In this document: positions 28,687-37,190 of the stretch, piece by piece | Layout: the number at the start of each line of letters is the position of its first letter | Numbering within the stretch: position 1 is the stretch's first letter | Source of the DNA: Candidatus Bathyarchaeota archaeon | GTDB taxonomy: Archaea > Thermoproteota > Bathyarchaeia > Bathyarchaeales > SOJC01 | Assembly: GCA_020341775.1 (NCBI GenBank) | Contig: CP070835.1 | Span: forward strand, 1,692,089 to 1,756,088 | Length of the DNA: 64,000 nucleotides | Reading direction: 5' to 3' | The notes under the pieces: generated by a model | The model's input: only the letters and a program-made list of their open reading frames with translations | What the model was told of the DNA's origin: nothing | The model's database searches: none | Program-made: the position numbers and the translations under genes

Positions 28687-28950
28687 TTAAGGCGCAAGCA
28701 ATCCACCTAGATCGTCTGAAAAAACTAATACCACCGCAATTAAGAGGCCTTTCGCGCCCTCCAACAACGTTGCATGTCGTTTTTCTATCCCTAATTTCAC
28801 TTCACTGCCTCCACCTTTGATTAGCATTGCCACATTAAACGGGGCTAGCGTTAGCCTCCTTCTCCCCACCACGATTTTTCTGGGAAACGCCGCCTGAAAC
28901 GTGTTCCACAATTCTTCTCCTTTTCCGGAGAAGACGCAGAGCCAGCACAA
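28687..28950 (-). CDS. doubtful hypothetical ORF
   Basis: Only ORF in a 350 nt gap. Non-ATG start and no motif. Confidence 0.25.
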   Translation of the reverse strand: MCWLCVFSGKGEELWNTFQAAFPRKIVVGRRRLTLAPFNVAMLIKGGGSEVKLGIEKRHATLLEGAKGLLIAVVLVFSDDLGGLLAP

Positions 28951-28991
28951 ACTTAAAGAATGTCAAGCTTGGCTTTAATTGTGAATCCATA

Positions 28992-29084
28992 GGGCCCGTA
29001 GCTCAGCAAGGATAGAAAGCCAATGTCCAAAGCACCGGGCTTTTAACCCGGGGGTCTCGGGTTCAATTCCCGACGGGCCCGCCA
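28992..29084 (+). tRNA. tRNA-Lys(UUU) with a ~15 nt insert in the D-arm; CCA encoded
   Basis: Hand fold: acceptor GGGCCCG/CGGGCCC, anticodon arm CCGGG-CTTTTAA-CCCGG, T arm TCGGG-TTCAATT-CCCGA. D stem GCTC pairs with GAGC only after removing about 29017-29031 (aagccaatgtccaaa; boundary ambiguous by 1 nt). Confidence 0.8.
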
Positions 29085-29192
29085 TCCGCTGTGCGCATGC
29101 ACGCGCGCATGCGTACCTGCTCCTCGAGTGTGCATATTTCCACAAGTATAAAACTGAAGTATGGCGCGCGCGCTTTGTTGCTAGTTTTTTTC

Positions 29193-30506
29193 TTACTTGG
29201 ACTCTTTGACAAAACTTATCAAGAGCGTAGCTGCTAAAAGCTCAATAGCTGAAAAAAGGTAGAATGGCATAGCCTGTTCAACTTGGTATAAGAAACCTCC
29301 TGCTAGGGTTCCAAGTGCTGAAGCCATTGTAGTACTAAGCTGCCAAAAAGCTGTTATGCGTCCCCTCAACTCTTTGCGTGTTAAATCAGCTTGCAGCGCT
29401 TCGTAGGCTGGAGCATAATAAATTCCGAAGATCATAAGAAGCGTCGCCATAATTAGAGCATGTTCGAATGAGCGAGACAACGAAAACAATATTGTACAGG
29501 GCGAGCAAGCTACTATTGAGAAAATCATCACGTTTCTTTTACCTACTCTGTCGCTTAACCACGCTCCTGGAATCTTCAGGATTATTGAGAAAGATTGAAC
29601 ACTGACTATTACTGCCCATTGGAAGGGCCTGAGCCCTACGATACTTGATGCGTAGAGAATGTAATATGGCCCTACCGTGCCGTTAGCAAAGGCTACTAGG
29701 GCAGATGAAAATAACAACACCCCAAGCTGCCTTGATGAGGATCTTGGAAGCCTCACTACACTCTTGAACTTCTCAAGATAAGATGATTCAATATCTTGTT
29801 TTGGTATATGCAGTAGCGTTTCCTTTAAATACAGAAAAAGGATGAGCGCGGAAAGGAAAAATGTGGCTCCTGTATATACACAAGCTAGCCTAAAGCCTTC
29901 CGCCAAACCGTAATTATGAATCAACCACCCTCCCACGATCGGCGATAATGCTGCTGGAAGAGAGGAGATGACTTGGAGGATTGCGATTCCCGTAGTTCGC
30001 CTTTTAGGAGAAACAGAATCAACGACGAGAGTGCGTAAAGCGGGCGTTGAGATTGATCCAATCGCAGCACATATGCTTAGAACTGCAAATAAACACCAAT
30101 CGGATGTGAGCGCATATAGAAAAGGAAAGAATCCAGTGTAAAATGCCCCCGTGACTATGATGGGCCTTCGACCATAGCAATCGGCTATAACACCCCCAAA
30201 AAGAACCATGGAAGCTCCGATGATCGATGCTGTTGCGGTCATGATGCCCAACATAAGAGGGTTTCCGCCAAGCCCGACGAAATAAAGCGACATAAAGGTA
30301 CTTATCAAACCACTCCCAAAACCCCTCACAACATTGCTGGTCCCGATAACAGCGAAATTACTCCTAAGTGCGCTTAGAGAATGGAAGCTTGAGGCCTTGG
30401 CATCGTCAAGATGACTTTCGCCAATATGAACGTCGCTTTTCTTCACTCGTTTTGGATGTAGAGAGACCAAAGCCTTACTTCCTGTTCGATTGCATTCTTC
30501 ATTCAC
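29193..30506 (-). CDS. MFS transporter
   Basis: About 12 hydrophobic segments. MFS loop motif ADCYGRRPIIV between TM2 and TM3 and a second SDRVGKRNVM in the C-terminal half. Confidence 0.85.
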   Translation of the reverse strand: MNEECNRTGSKALVSLHPKRVKKSDVHIGESHLDDAKASSFHSLSALRSNFAVIGTSNVVRGFGSGLISTFMSLYFVGLGGNPLMLGIMTATASIIGASMVLFGGVIADCYGRRPIIVTGAFYTGFFPFLYALTSDWCLFAVLSICAAIGSISTPALRTLVVDSVSPKRRTTGIAILQVISSLPAALSPIVGGWLIHNYGLAEGFRLACVYTGATFFLSALILFLYLKETLLHIPKQDIESSYLEKFKSVVRLPRSSSRQLGVLLFSSALVAFANGTVGPYYILYASSIVGLRPFQWAVIVSVQSFSIILKIPGAWLSDRVGKRNVMIFSIVACSPCTILFSLSRSFEHALIMATLLMIFGIYYAPAYEALQADLTRKELRGRITAFWQLSTTMASALGTLAGGFLYQVEQAMPFYLFSAIELLAATLLISFVKESK

Positions 30507-30786
30507 GAGTTGACATGAAGCAGATATGCGAATATCTAAAAGATGTTTATGAGCTGTTAATCATTAGCTGAAATTTAGCTTTTTTTCCTGTCGTTATCGC
30601 GCGCGCAAGGCTAAATCCTCTTTTTGAATGAAATGTGTAATCATTCAAGTTCGTATTTTACATCTGAATTGATCAAACAAAATTCTTTTACTGCATTTTA
30701 ACTGAGTGGCAGGTAATGTCTAGTTAGACTCGAAGAGAAACTAACATTCAGGCCACCTTGATTATAGTCAAAGGAGTATTCAAGAA

Positions 30787-32445
30787 TTGAATAAATCATT
30801 GATTTTAAGCAGTTTTGTGGTTGCAGTAGGTTTGTTGATAGTTTTTGGATTCTTGAACTTCACTCCAATTAACTTGGATTCATTGCTTATGTTGATCAAT
30901 CAGCTAAGCTATGTCGTTACCTACCTTTCTCTTGTAATCTGTCTCGTGACTGTAATCATAACTTTCGTGTGGTTTCCACAGGTCAGGAAGAAGTTCTCTT
31001 CACCCATTAAACATTCAGGATTATCAATACTAAAACTACTCTTAGTCACAACCATTCTCATCATAGCCATTCAAATCTCCCTACTGTTTCTATACCCCAA
31101 TCTCCTTTACCAAATATCCTTTTACCTATTTTTCATATCAATATTCATGTTCACAATTCGAAACTCGATTACTCTTGGAGGCGCGTATCTTCATAAAAGA
31201 CATGAAAAAAATGACTCAAGCTATGATCTTACGGAAGATCCAGTATTGGTTACCGTGATTGTTCCTGCCTATAATGAAGATAAGGCTCTTGGGAAAACCG
31301 TTGAATCTCTTCTCAAACTGTCCTACCCGAATAAAGAGATCATTATTGTAGATGATGGATCGACAGACAGAACCTTGGAAGTTGCTAGAAATTATGCCAA
31401 AAACGGTGTAATAAAAGTGGTGACAAAAGCAAATGGTGGAAAGTGGGATGCTCTGAACACAGGAATCAAAGCAGCAAAAGGAGAATACATCGTCTGTATC
31501 GACGCTGATACCGTTCTTGATCAAAACGCCATCCAACACTTGGTAAAGCATTTCAGAAATCTTAGAATTGGGGCTGTGGCTGGAAATGTAAAAGTGGGAA
31601 ATCGAAGGAGCCTTTTACTCAAGCTTCAAGCTCTCGAGTATGTTGTGGGAATTAATCTTCACCGAAGAAGTGAAGCGTATTTACAGAATGTCACGGTTGT
31701 GCCAGGACCCATTGGGGCGTTTCGAGCATCTGTACTTAACGAGGTGGGCTTATTTGAAGGAGATACCTTTGCTGAGGATGCAGATATTACATTCAGGATC
31801 TTGAAGGCAGGGTATAGAACAGTCTATGAACCACGAGCTTTCGCTTATACAGAAGCTCCAAAATCCATGGCAGGTCTAGCCAAACAGAGATACCGATGGT
31901 ATAGAGGGAGTCTCCAAGTTCTATCGAAGCATAAAAACATGGCTTTCAACACGAAATATGGGCGGACTGGCACCTTTGTCATGCCATGGAGGGTTCTCAA
32001 TGGAGTTATCTACCCGTGGTTTATGTTCTTCATGCTGATGTGGCTACTCGTCTTCTGCTTCAACCCCCTCTCACCATACACAATCTATCAGCCTAGAATA
32101 GGAGGGCAACCCGAATGGGCACAAGGTGGACCATCACTTGGTCGGGGACAAGGCCCTCCCAGTGGTACGACCCTGATCGGCATTTCGATTGACTTTTTCC
32201 AAGCTATTCCTTACATCTACGTTTTCTGGTTCTTAGCGTTCATTATTCTGGAAGTCGCTGTGACCGCCTATGCTCTATCTCTGGATATTAGAGAAAAACG
32301 AAGTCTATTGTTATACACTGTGCTCCACAGACTTTCTTTCCTCTACATTTTGGATATTATAAGAATGTTAAGCCAGCTTGAAGAAGTGTTTCACTACCCT
32401 ATGAAATGGGAGAAAATGGAACATCACGGAACAGCAACTATCTAG
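30787..32445 (+). CDS. membrane-embedded processive family-2 glycosyltransferase (PgaC/cellulose-chitin synthase-like)
   Basis: N-terminal TM bundle. VIVPAYNEDKAL...IIIVDDGSTDRT, CIDADT, FAEDADITF and QRYRWYRG (Q-x-x-RW) motifs. C-terminal TM helices. Confidence 0.9.
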   Translation: MNKSLILSSFVVAVGLLIVFGFLNFTPINLDSLLMLINQLSYVVTYLSLVICLVTVIITFVWFPQVRKKFSSPIKHSGLSILKLLLVTTILIIAIQISLLFLYPNLLYQISFYLFFISIFMFTIRNSITLGGAYLHKRHEKNDSSYDLTEDPVLVTVIVPAYNEDKALGKTVESLLKLSYPNKEIIIVDDGSTDRTLEVARNYAKNGVIKVVTKANGGKWDALNTGIKAAKGEYIVCIDADTVLDQNAIQHLVKHFRNLRIGAVAGNVKVGNRRSLLLKLQALEYVVGINLHRRSEAYLQNVTVVPGPIGAFRASVLNEVGLFEGDTFAEDADITFRILKAGYRTVYEPRAFAYTEAPKSMAGLAKQRYRWYRGSLQVLSKHKNMAFNTKYGRTGTFVMPWRVLNGVIYPWFMFFMLMWLLVFCFNPLSPYTIYQPRIGGQPEWAQGGPSLGRGQGPPSGTTLIGISIDFFQAIPYIYVFWFLAFIILEVAVTAYALSLDIREKRSLLLYTVLHRLSFLYILDIIRMLSQLEEVFHYPMKWEKMEHHGTATI

Positions 32446-32627
32446 AAGAAAGCAAATGAGCGGCGCTCGCGCATCAAAGAGCTCAAGAATTGCATTATCG
32501 TTCGGGTGGATCAGCTAGTGAAAGAGGCTTCTTTCTGAAGCACACAACTTCACTATGTGCCAAACAACGAGTACAGATTCGAATAGAAAAAAAAAGAAGG
32601 TGAAGGGATGTCGCATAAATTCACCCC

Positions 32628-32656
32628 GTGGGATTCAAACCCTGACGGGCCCGCCA
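32628..32656 (+). pseudogene. orphan copy of a tRNA 3' end (T-loop plus acceptor plus CCA), related to tRNA-Lys
   Basis: gtGGGaTTCAAaCCCtGACGGGCCCGCCA versus tRNA-Lys tcGGGTTCAAttCCCGACGGGCCCGCCA. The last 13 nt (GACGGGCCCGCCA) are identical to 29072-29084. No matching 5' acceptor strand (GGGCCCG) within 200 nt upstream. Confidence 0.55.
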
Positions 32657-33364
32657 CAACATGTTTGCACGCCTTCTGAGAGATATTGTGAGGCGTGATA
32701 TATTTTCTGGATGAAACACTGTTGATATACCAATTTGGATAGAAGAGATCAGGTGTCGCCCTTTGAGAAAGCCAAAGAAAGCAAAGCCGCCGCTCAAAGA
32801 GAGCTATACTATTTTTCATGCGTTATTTGAAGCCGTGAGGAACAAGGAACGAGAAAAGAAACAGGGAACCTCTGGGCTTCGTGGGTGAAGCTTACGAGGA
32901 AATTCCTCCATTATTTCGCGAAATGCACATTCATGGACTACGTTTCATCTTGGTTTCTGTCAAAGCAGCAATTAATTGAAAGAAAACAGAGCCATTCTGA
33001 TCATTGCTGAGAGGAATTGCGGAGGGATATGCCTTTCCTCTCAGCTCTGTGACGCCTTCTCCTTTACTCCCTTCTGGAGGCATTCATTATGTTCTCCGCC
33101 GACAATAAAGGGATTGTTACGCAGATTGTAATATGCCTTAGCCGTATTATTGTCAAAGTTTTCAGCATTCCAAGAAGAAGCACTTGACTTTTAGGATGCC
33201 GCTGCATTAGCCCTGTTGATGAAAAATGCTTGAGGATATGGCTCTCTCTGCAGCCCAGCTGCTTGTGATACTCTTTTGGACAACGCTTGTTTTTATAGTG
33301 TTCTGGGGGGCGTGGTGGCTCCGCTCGTTGCGGAGTGCCAAGGGCAAAGAGTAAGGGCTGTGTG

Positions 33365-34813
33365 TCACGCTAAGAAGTTGAGAGACTTCTGCTCGGTTAG
33401 ATATACGTCAGGATCAAGCTTCCACGATTTGATGTCGAATTCCCCTCTCGTCTGGGCAAGTTGTTCTATGAAGTTGCCTGCTTCCAGTTCTCTCCACCAT
33501 GCTTCGCCATGATTATTAGAGAGTCTTTCTTTCATCGCTGCAACCCTTACCGATGCGATCACATAACTTGGAGAGTACATGTCGTAGTTAGGCATCACAT
33601 GATGCAGTATCCAATAATTGCCCGGTGTTTCAATAAAGAACCGTTTTGTCAGTTCTTGCCATCTCTTTGCAGCTTGATCTACTGTGTAATTTCGTTTCCA
33701 AAACTCCATTTTCATGATACTGTTGGCAGCGTAGAAGGTTAGGAAAGCCAGATTCATGAATCTCACTCGATCGACAATTTCTGTGACGGCTTTTTCCTTA
33801 AGCTTCAGGTCTTGTCTTAGGAATAATGGGTTTTCTATAATGCTTTCTATGAGTATGCTAAAAGTTTCTGCCACACTCATAGGCACAATGTATCGTTTCC
33901 AGACAGAGTCGTTGGGAAGTGCGCTCTTGCCATGAATGGCGTGTCCAAATTCGTGGAAGAGACTTCCAAAATCTGGGAAGGGAGAAACTTTTCGGTAGAG
34001 TATCCTGACATCATTTGGAATTTGAATGCCCCAGCAGGAAGCGCTTGGGCTCTTGTTTGGACGATCCTTGCCGTCGACGTTGATGGTGGAAGGATCGAAG
34101 CCTAAGTTTGTCAAGAGCTGGAGAACCTCGTTTAGAGGATTTTTCTCTTTCAAGTAATTGTCCAATGGTTTGTAGATGCGCCCACGCCACGTGTAGAAGT
34201 CATCGTAGTACTCTGTTGTCGCCTTGTGGAGGACTTGCGGCGCGAGCAGCGCTGCTCCGCCTAAGAATGTTTGTTTAGCTCCATCGCCTAGTTTTTCGAG
34301 AAGGCCTATTAATTTGTCGTAGGAGATTTGCTCGAGCTCTAGGTAGCTGTCTAAGGGTGTGAGACCATACTGCCGATAGACTTCTCTTGTGATTCTCATC
34401 CGTTCTTCCACGTGCTTGGCAATTGACGGAGCTTTGGCGACAAACTCGTCGAAGACTTGCTTTCGTTCTTGAGCATTGTCGATTTGAGAGTTGAATTGGC
34501 GCCAATTTCCCCAATTAACCTTCTTCCCGTCAATGCGGTGTCTTTCCGTGGAGATGCTTTCCATACGCTGATCGTGAAAATCCAGTTCAACTTCAAGCCT
34601 TTCAGCTTCAGCGATTGTGCCTATAGACGCTAAGTACATGCTCCTTGGATTGGCGAATTTTTCTAGGAATTCTTTACTGATTTCCGTCAGTTGCTGGGCA
34701 AGCTTTTTCATAAGCTCGCGGTCGTACGCCAATCCTGCGTTTTGATTGTAGTATTGCTCTGAAAGTTGACTGCCAAGCTTTTCATATCGCAATGCGAGTT
34801 CGTTTAAGTCCAA
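33365..34813 (-). CDS. zinc metallopeptidase, M3/oligoendopeptidase-F-like
   Basis: HEFGHAIH (HExxH) in an all-helical 482 aa protein. Overall layout resembles PepF-type peptidases. Family call tentative. Confidence 0.6.
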   Translation of the reverse strand: MDLNELALRYEKLGSQLSEQYYNQNAGLAYDRELMKKLAQQLTEISKEFLEKFANPRSMYLASIGTIAEAERLEVELDFHDQRMESISTERHRIDGKKVNWGNWRQFNSQIDNAQERKQVFDEFVAKAPSIAKHVEERMRITREVYRQYGLTPLDSYLELEQISYDKLIGLLEKLGDGAKQTFLGGAALLAPQVLHKATTEYYDDFYTWRGRIYKPLDNYLKEKNPLNEVLQLLTNLGFDPSTINVDGKDRPNKSPSASCWGIQIPNDVRILYRKVSPFPDFGSLFHEFGHAIHGKSALPNDSVWKRYIVPMSVAETFSILIESIIENPLFLRQDLKLKEKAVTEIVDRVRFMNLAFLTFYAANSIMKMEFWKRNYTVDQAAKRWQELTKRFFIETPGNYWILHHVMPNYDMYSPSYVIASVRVAAMKERLSNNHGEAWWRELEAGNFIEQLAQTRGEFDIKSWKLDPDVYLTEQKSLNFLA

Positions 34814-35011
34814 ATCGGTATTTCTCCTTTTTGAGAGCTATTTATCTTGAAGAGATATAATGGTTTGCGCATCAGACTCACACCGAGGGGTACTTTCGCA
34901 CCCCGCTTTGCCCTCCAATTAGTCAACGTGTACAATGTGTCAGCGAAGTGTGAGGATAAATTTTAAGTAGCAGCCTCTGGCTTATGGGTTTTGGCGTCTT
35001 GGCGCAAGGCA

Positions 35012-35143
35012 GCCCTGGTAGTATAGTCCGGTCACAAGGAGTGTGTTCCTCAATGCCGGAATAGTATAAGCGGCTGTCGCCCGCTCGACACTACAGAGAG
35101 CATCTGTAACGAGAACCGGGTTCAAATCCCGGCCAGGGCGCCA
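35012..35143 (+). tRNA. tRNA-Asp(GUC) with two non-canonical inserts (D-loop and variable region); CCA encoded
   Basis: Hand fold: acceptor GCCCTGG/CCAGGGC, anticodon arm AGCGG-CTGTCGC-CCGCT (35069-35085), T arm CCGGG-TTCAAAT-CCCGG. 132 nt total versus about 77 expected. Extra ~28 nt lie between 35035 and 35063, and ~26 nt between 35089 and 35115. Confidence 0.8.
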
Positions 35144-35176
35144 ACACAAACTTCAAATCCCGAGAAAACTCCAATG

Positions 35177-35182
35177 TTTTTT
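35177..35182 (+). terminator. oligo-T tract after tRNA-Asp
   Basis: T6 run 34 nt after the encoded CCA. Confidence 0.4.
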
Positions 35183-35365
35183 AGTAAGAAAAGAGCGTCG
35201 ACTGTTACAAAGTATGGATCTGGCGGGCGATTGAAGACCATCACAGTATTAAACAGCCACAGGAGATTCTTCCAGCAGGCAATGAGAAGTTGTTAGAATT
35301 TGCGGAGCACATTGAAGCCACTAGAAAAAGCCTAGTTAGACAAGACAGACTGTTGAGAACGCCTC

Positions 35366-36010
35366 TTATTTGGATAATAACTTTTTAGCGACATCAACAC
35401 ATGCCATAGCGTCTTCAGCATAAGCGTCGGCTTCGATTTCTTCGGCCCAGGCCGCCGAGACCGGAGCCCCCCCTACGATCACCTTTACCTGTCCTCTAAG
35501 TCCAACTTTTTTGAGAGCGTTGATCACCTCAGCCATCTTCACCATGGTTGTCGTCAGCAAAGCTGACATTCCGATGATGTCTGGTTTGACTTCCTTCGCC
35601 TTCTCAACAAACTTTGATGTTGGCGTATCACATCCGAGGTCGTGAACCTCGAAGCCGTTGACAGTGAGCATTGTGGCTACGATGCTTTTGCCGATGTCGT
35701 GGATGTCCCCTTCGACCGTTCCGATAATAACTTTACCCAAAACCTTTCTGGACTTCCCCTTAGCTAAAGCTGGCTCCAGTGTGGCTAGAGATTCTTTCAT
35801 AGCTTGAGCTGCTATCATCAACTCTGGAAGGAATATCTCCTCAGCTTCAAATTTGGCTCCTACAATACTTAGACCCTCTCCTAAGCCTTGCTCAATTGCT
35901 ATAAGTGGGTCAAAGCCAGTTTCTATGACCTCTTTAGCAACTGCAACCGCTCCCTCAACGTCATAGTTCAGGACAGCTTCCTTAAGTCGCTTCAAAACAT
36001 TTTCCGCCAT
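35366..36010 (-). CDS. corrinoid (cobalamin-binding) methyl-carrier protein 1
   Basis: B12-binding DxHxxG (GDIHDIGKSIV), MSALLTTTM and VIVGGAPVS motifs, with an N-terminal helical cap. ATG 36010 has GGAGG 8 nt upstream. The ORF-track start at 36052 is rejected. Confidence 0.85.
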   Translation of the reverse strand: MAENVLKRLKEAVLNYDVEGAVAVAKEVIETGFDPLIAIEQGLGEGLSIVGAKFEAEEIFLPELMIAAQAMKESLATLEPALAKGKSRKVLGKVIIGTVEGDIHDIGKSIVATMLTVNGFEVHDLGCDTPTSKFVEKAKEVKPDIIGMSALLTTTMVKMAEVINALKKVGLRGQVKVIVGGAPVSAAWAEEIEADAYAEDAMACVDVAKKLLSK

Positions 36011-36203
36011 TAAACAATCCTCCCGGACGATAGCGTCTTGGCAAAAGAACACATACTTGCTTTATATAATTTCCTACTAAACATCTTTTGAAAGTGATAT
36101 TGCCTGATGCGGGTGCAAACTGCAAGATCGCGTGCACATCTTCATTTAGGCTTGAACTTGATACCTAGGTCCTCCATGCGCAAGCGTATGAATACCGTGA
36201 GGG

Positions 36204-37169
36204 CTAAAAGGTGGCTTTCTCCAGTGTTTCAACGAATGCGGGAAACAGCTTGTATAATGGATGCTTCTTGGACAAAGGTTTTATTCCAAAATCTATTCTG
36301 ACTGACGTCGCGATTATTGCGTCAATTGCAGCACTTGCTGGGATCACCCAGGACGCTGATTCTATTGGACCATAAAGCAGGTAATCAGCTCCAAGGATTA
36401 AAGGCACAACCTCCACACTTGCCCAGCAAGCTTTGAGTATGTCCGGTCCCCAACGTCTTGCCTCCTTCCAAACTGAGGCGGCGTTTCCGGGAGAGCCGCC
36501 CACAGGGAGGCCGAGTTTTTCTTTCACAAAGAAACATGCTTTGGCCCCCACTCCTATGCTTGGAATATAAGTGAAGAGGGTTGTGTCCACCAATGGTTTC
36601 TCTATGCCGGCTTCCTCCGCTATTTTTAGTAATCCCTTCTGTTTTTGGGTTCCTTTTAGGAGTGATACAACGCCTTTTGGAGTGCGATCCTTTACGTTGT
36701 AGGCAAGCAAGATGGCTGCTTTTACCTTTGATTCCTTAATGGCGGCAATTTCGCTTTCGTCAGGTGGTGGAGTGGGCATTATGCTGTTGTAAATGGTTCT
36801 TTCTGCTAGGCCAACTTCAGCTATATGTGTCAGCGCTGCGATTCTCACCTCGGGAAGCCAAGCGTCAAATGAGATCAGAGAGTCTGTAAATTCTGAAACA
36901 AAATCGACATATCGAAGTGCTGATTGAACCGTCGTTGCAACGATATCCACGCCACAAGGGTTGCCCGTAAGATCAGAAAGTTCATCTTGAACATTGAGAA
37001 GTGCCTCCGCCTTTTTTTTGTCAAAGATGCCCCTTTTCTCATCTTTTACGATTTTATGTCCTTCATAGAAGGTGGTTCCAATCAATAATGTGGGGAGTTC
37101 TCCTGGCTGCCCTCCAACCTTTGCTTCTCCTATCTTGAAGATTTTTTGCTTAGCTTCAAACTTGAACAT
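36204..37169 (-). CDS. mtrH: MtrH-family methyltransferase (methyl-corrinoid:tetrahydromethanopterin-type)
   Basis: N-terminus MFKFEAKQKIFKIGEAKVGGQPGELPTLLIGTTFYEGHKIVKDEKRGIFDKKKAE closely follows the MtrH signature. Length of 321 aa is typical. Confidence 0.85.
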   Translation of the reverse strand: MFKFEAKQKIFKIGEAKVGGQPGELPTLLIGTTFYEGHKIVKDEKRGIFDKKKAEALLNVQDELSDLTGNPCGVDIVATTVQSALRYVDFVSEFTDSLISFDAWLPEVRIAALTHIAEVGLAERTIYNSIMPTPPPDESEIAAIKESKVKAAILLAYNVKDRTPKGVVSLLKGTQKQKGLLKIAEEAGIEKPLVDTTLFTYIPSIGVGAKACFFVKEKLGLPVGGSPGNAASVWKEARRWGPDILKACWASVEVVPLILGADYLLYGPIESASWVIPASAAIDAIIATSVRIDFGIKPLSKKHPLYKLFPAFVETLEKATF

Positions 37170-37190
37170 GGGGGCTCATCTTTCTAGTCA

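Noticed and set aside
29164-30606. Alternating (GC)n tracts at both ends of the MFS gene (GCGCGCGCGC at 29164-29173, CGCGCGCGC at 30598-30606), plus GCGCATGC repeats after tRNA-Lys
   Set aside because: These are low-complexity sequences. I cannot distinguish a functional element (Z-DNA, restriction-site cluster, terminal repeats) from chance without genome-wide statistics. Noted only as possible support for the island idea.
32553-32819. 88-aa minus-strand ORF in the long non-coding gap
   Set aside because: It spans the tRNA 3'-end relic, has no RBS and has odd composition.
35190-35365. About 58-codon open frame after tRNA-Asp (…EILPAGNEKLLEFAEHIEATRKSLVRQDRLL…)
   Set aside because: It has no usable start codon near its 5' end and is too short to assign. 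It may be a gene remnant, but that is unsupported.
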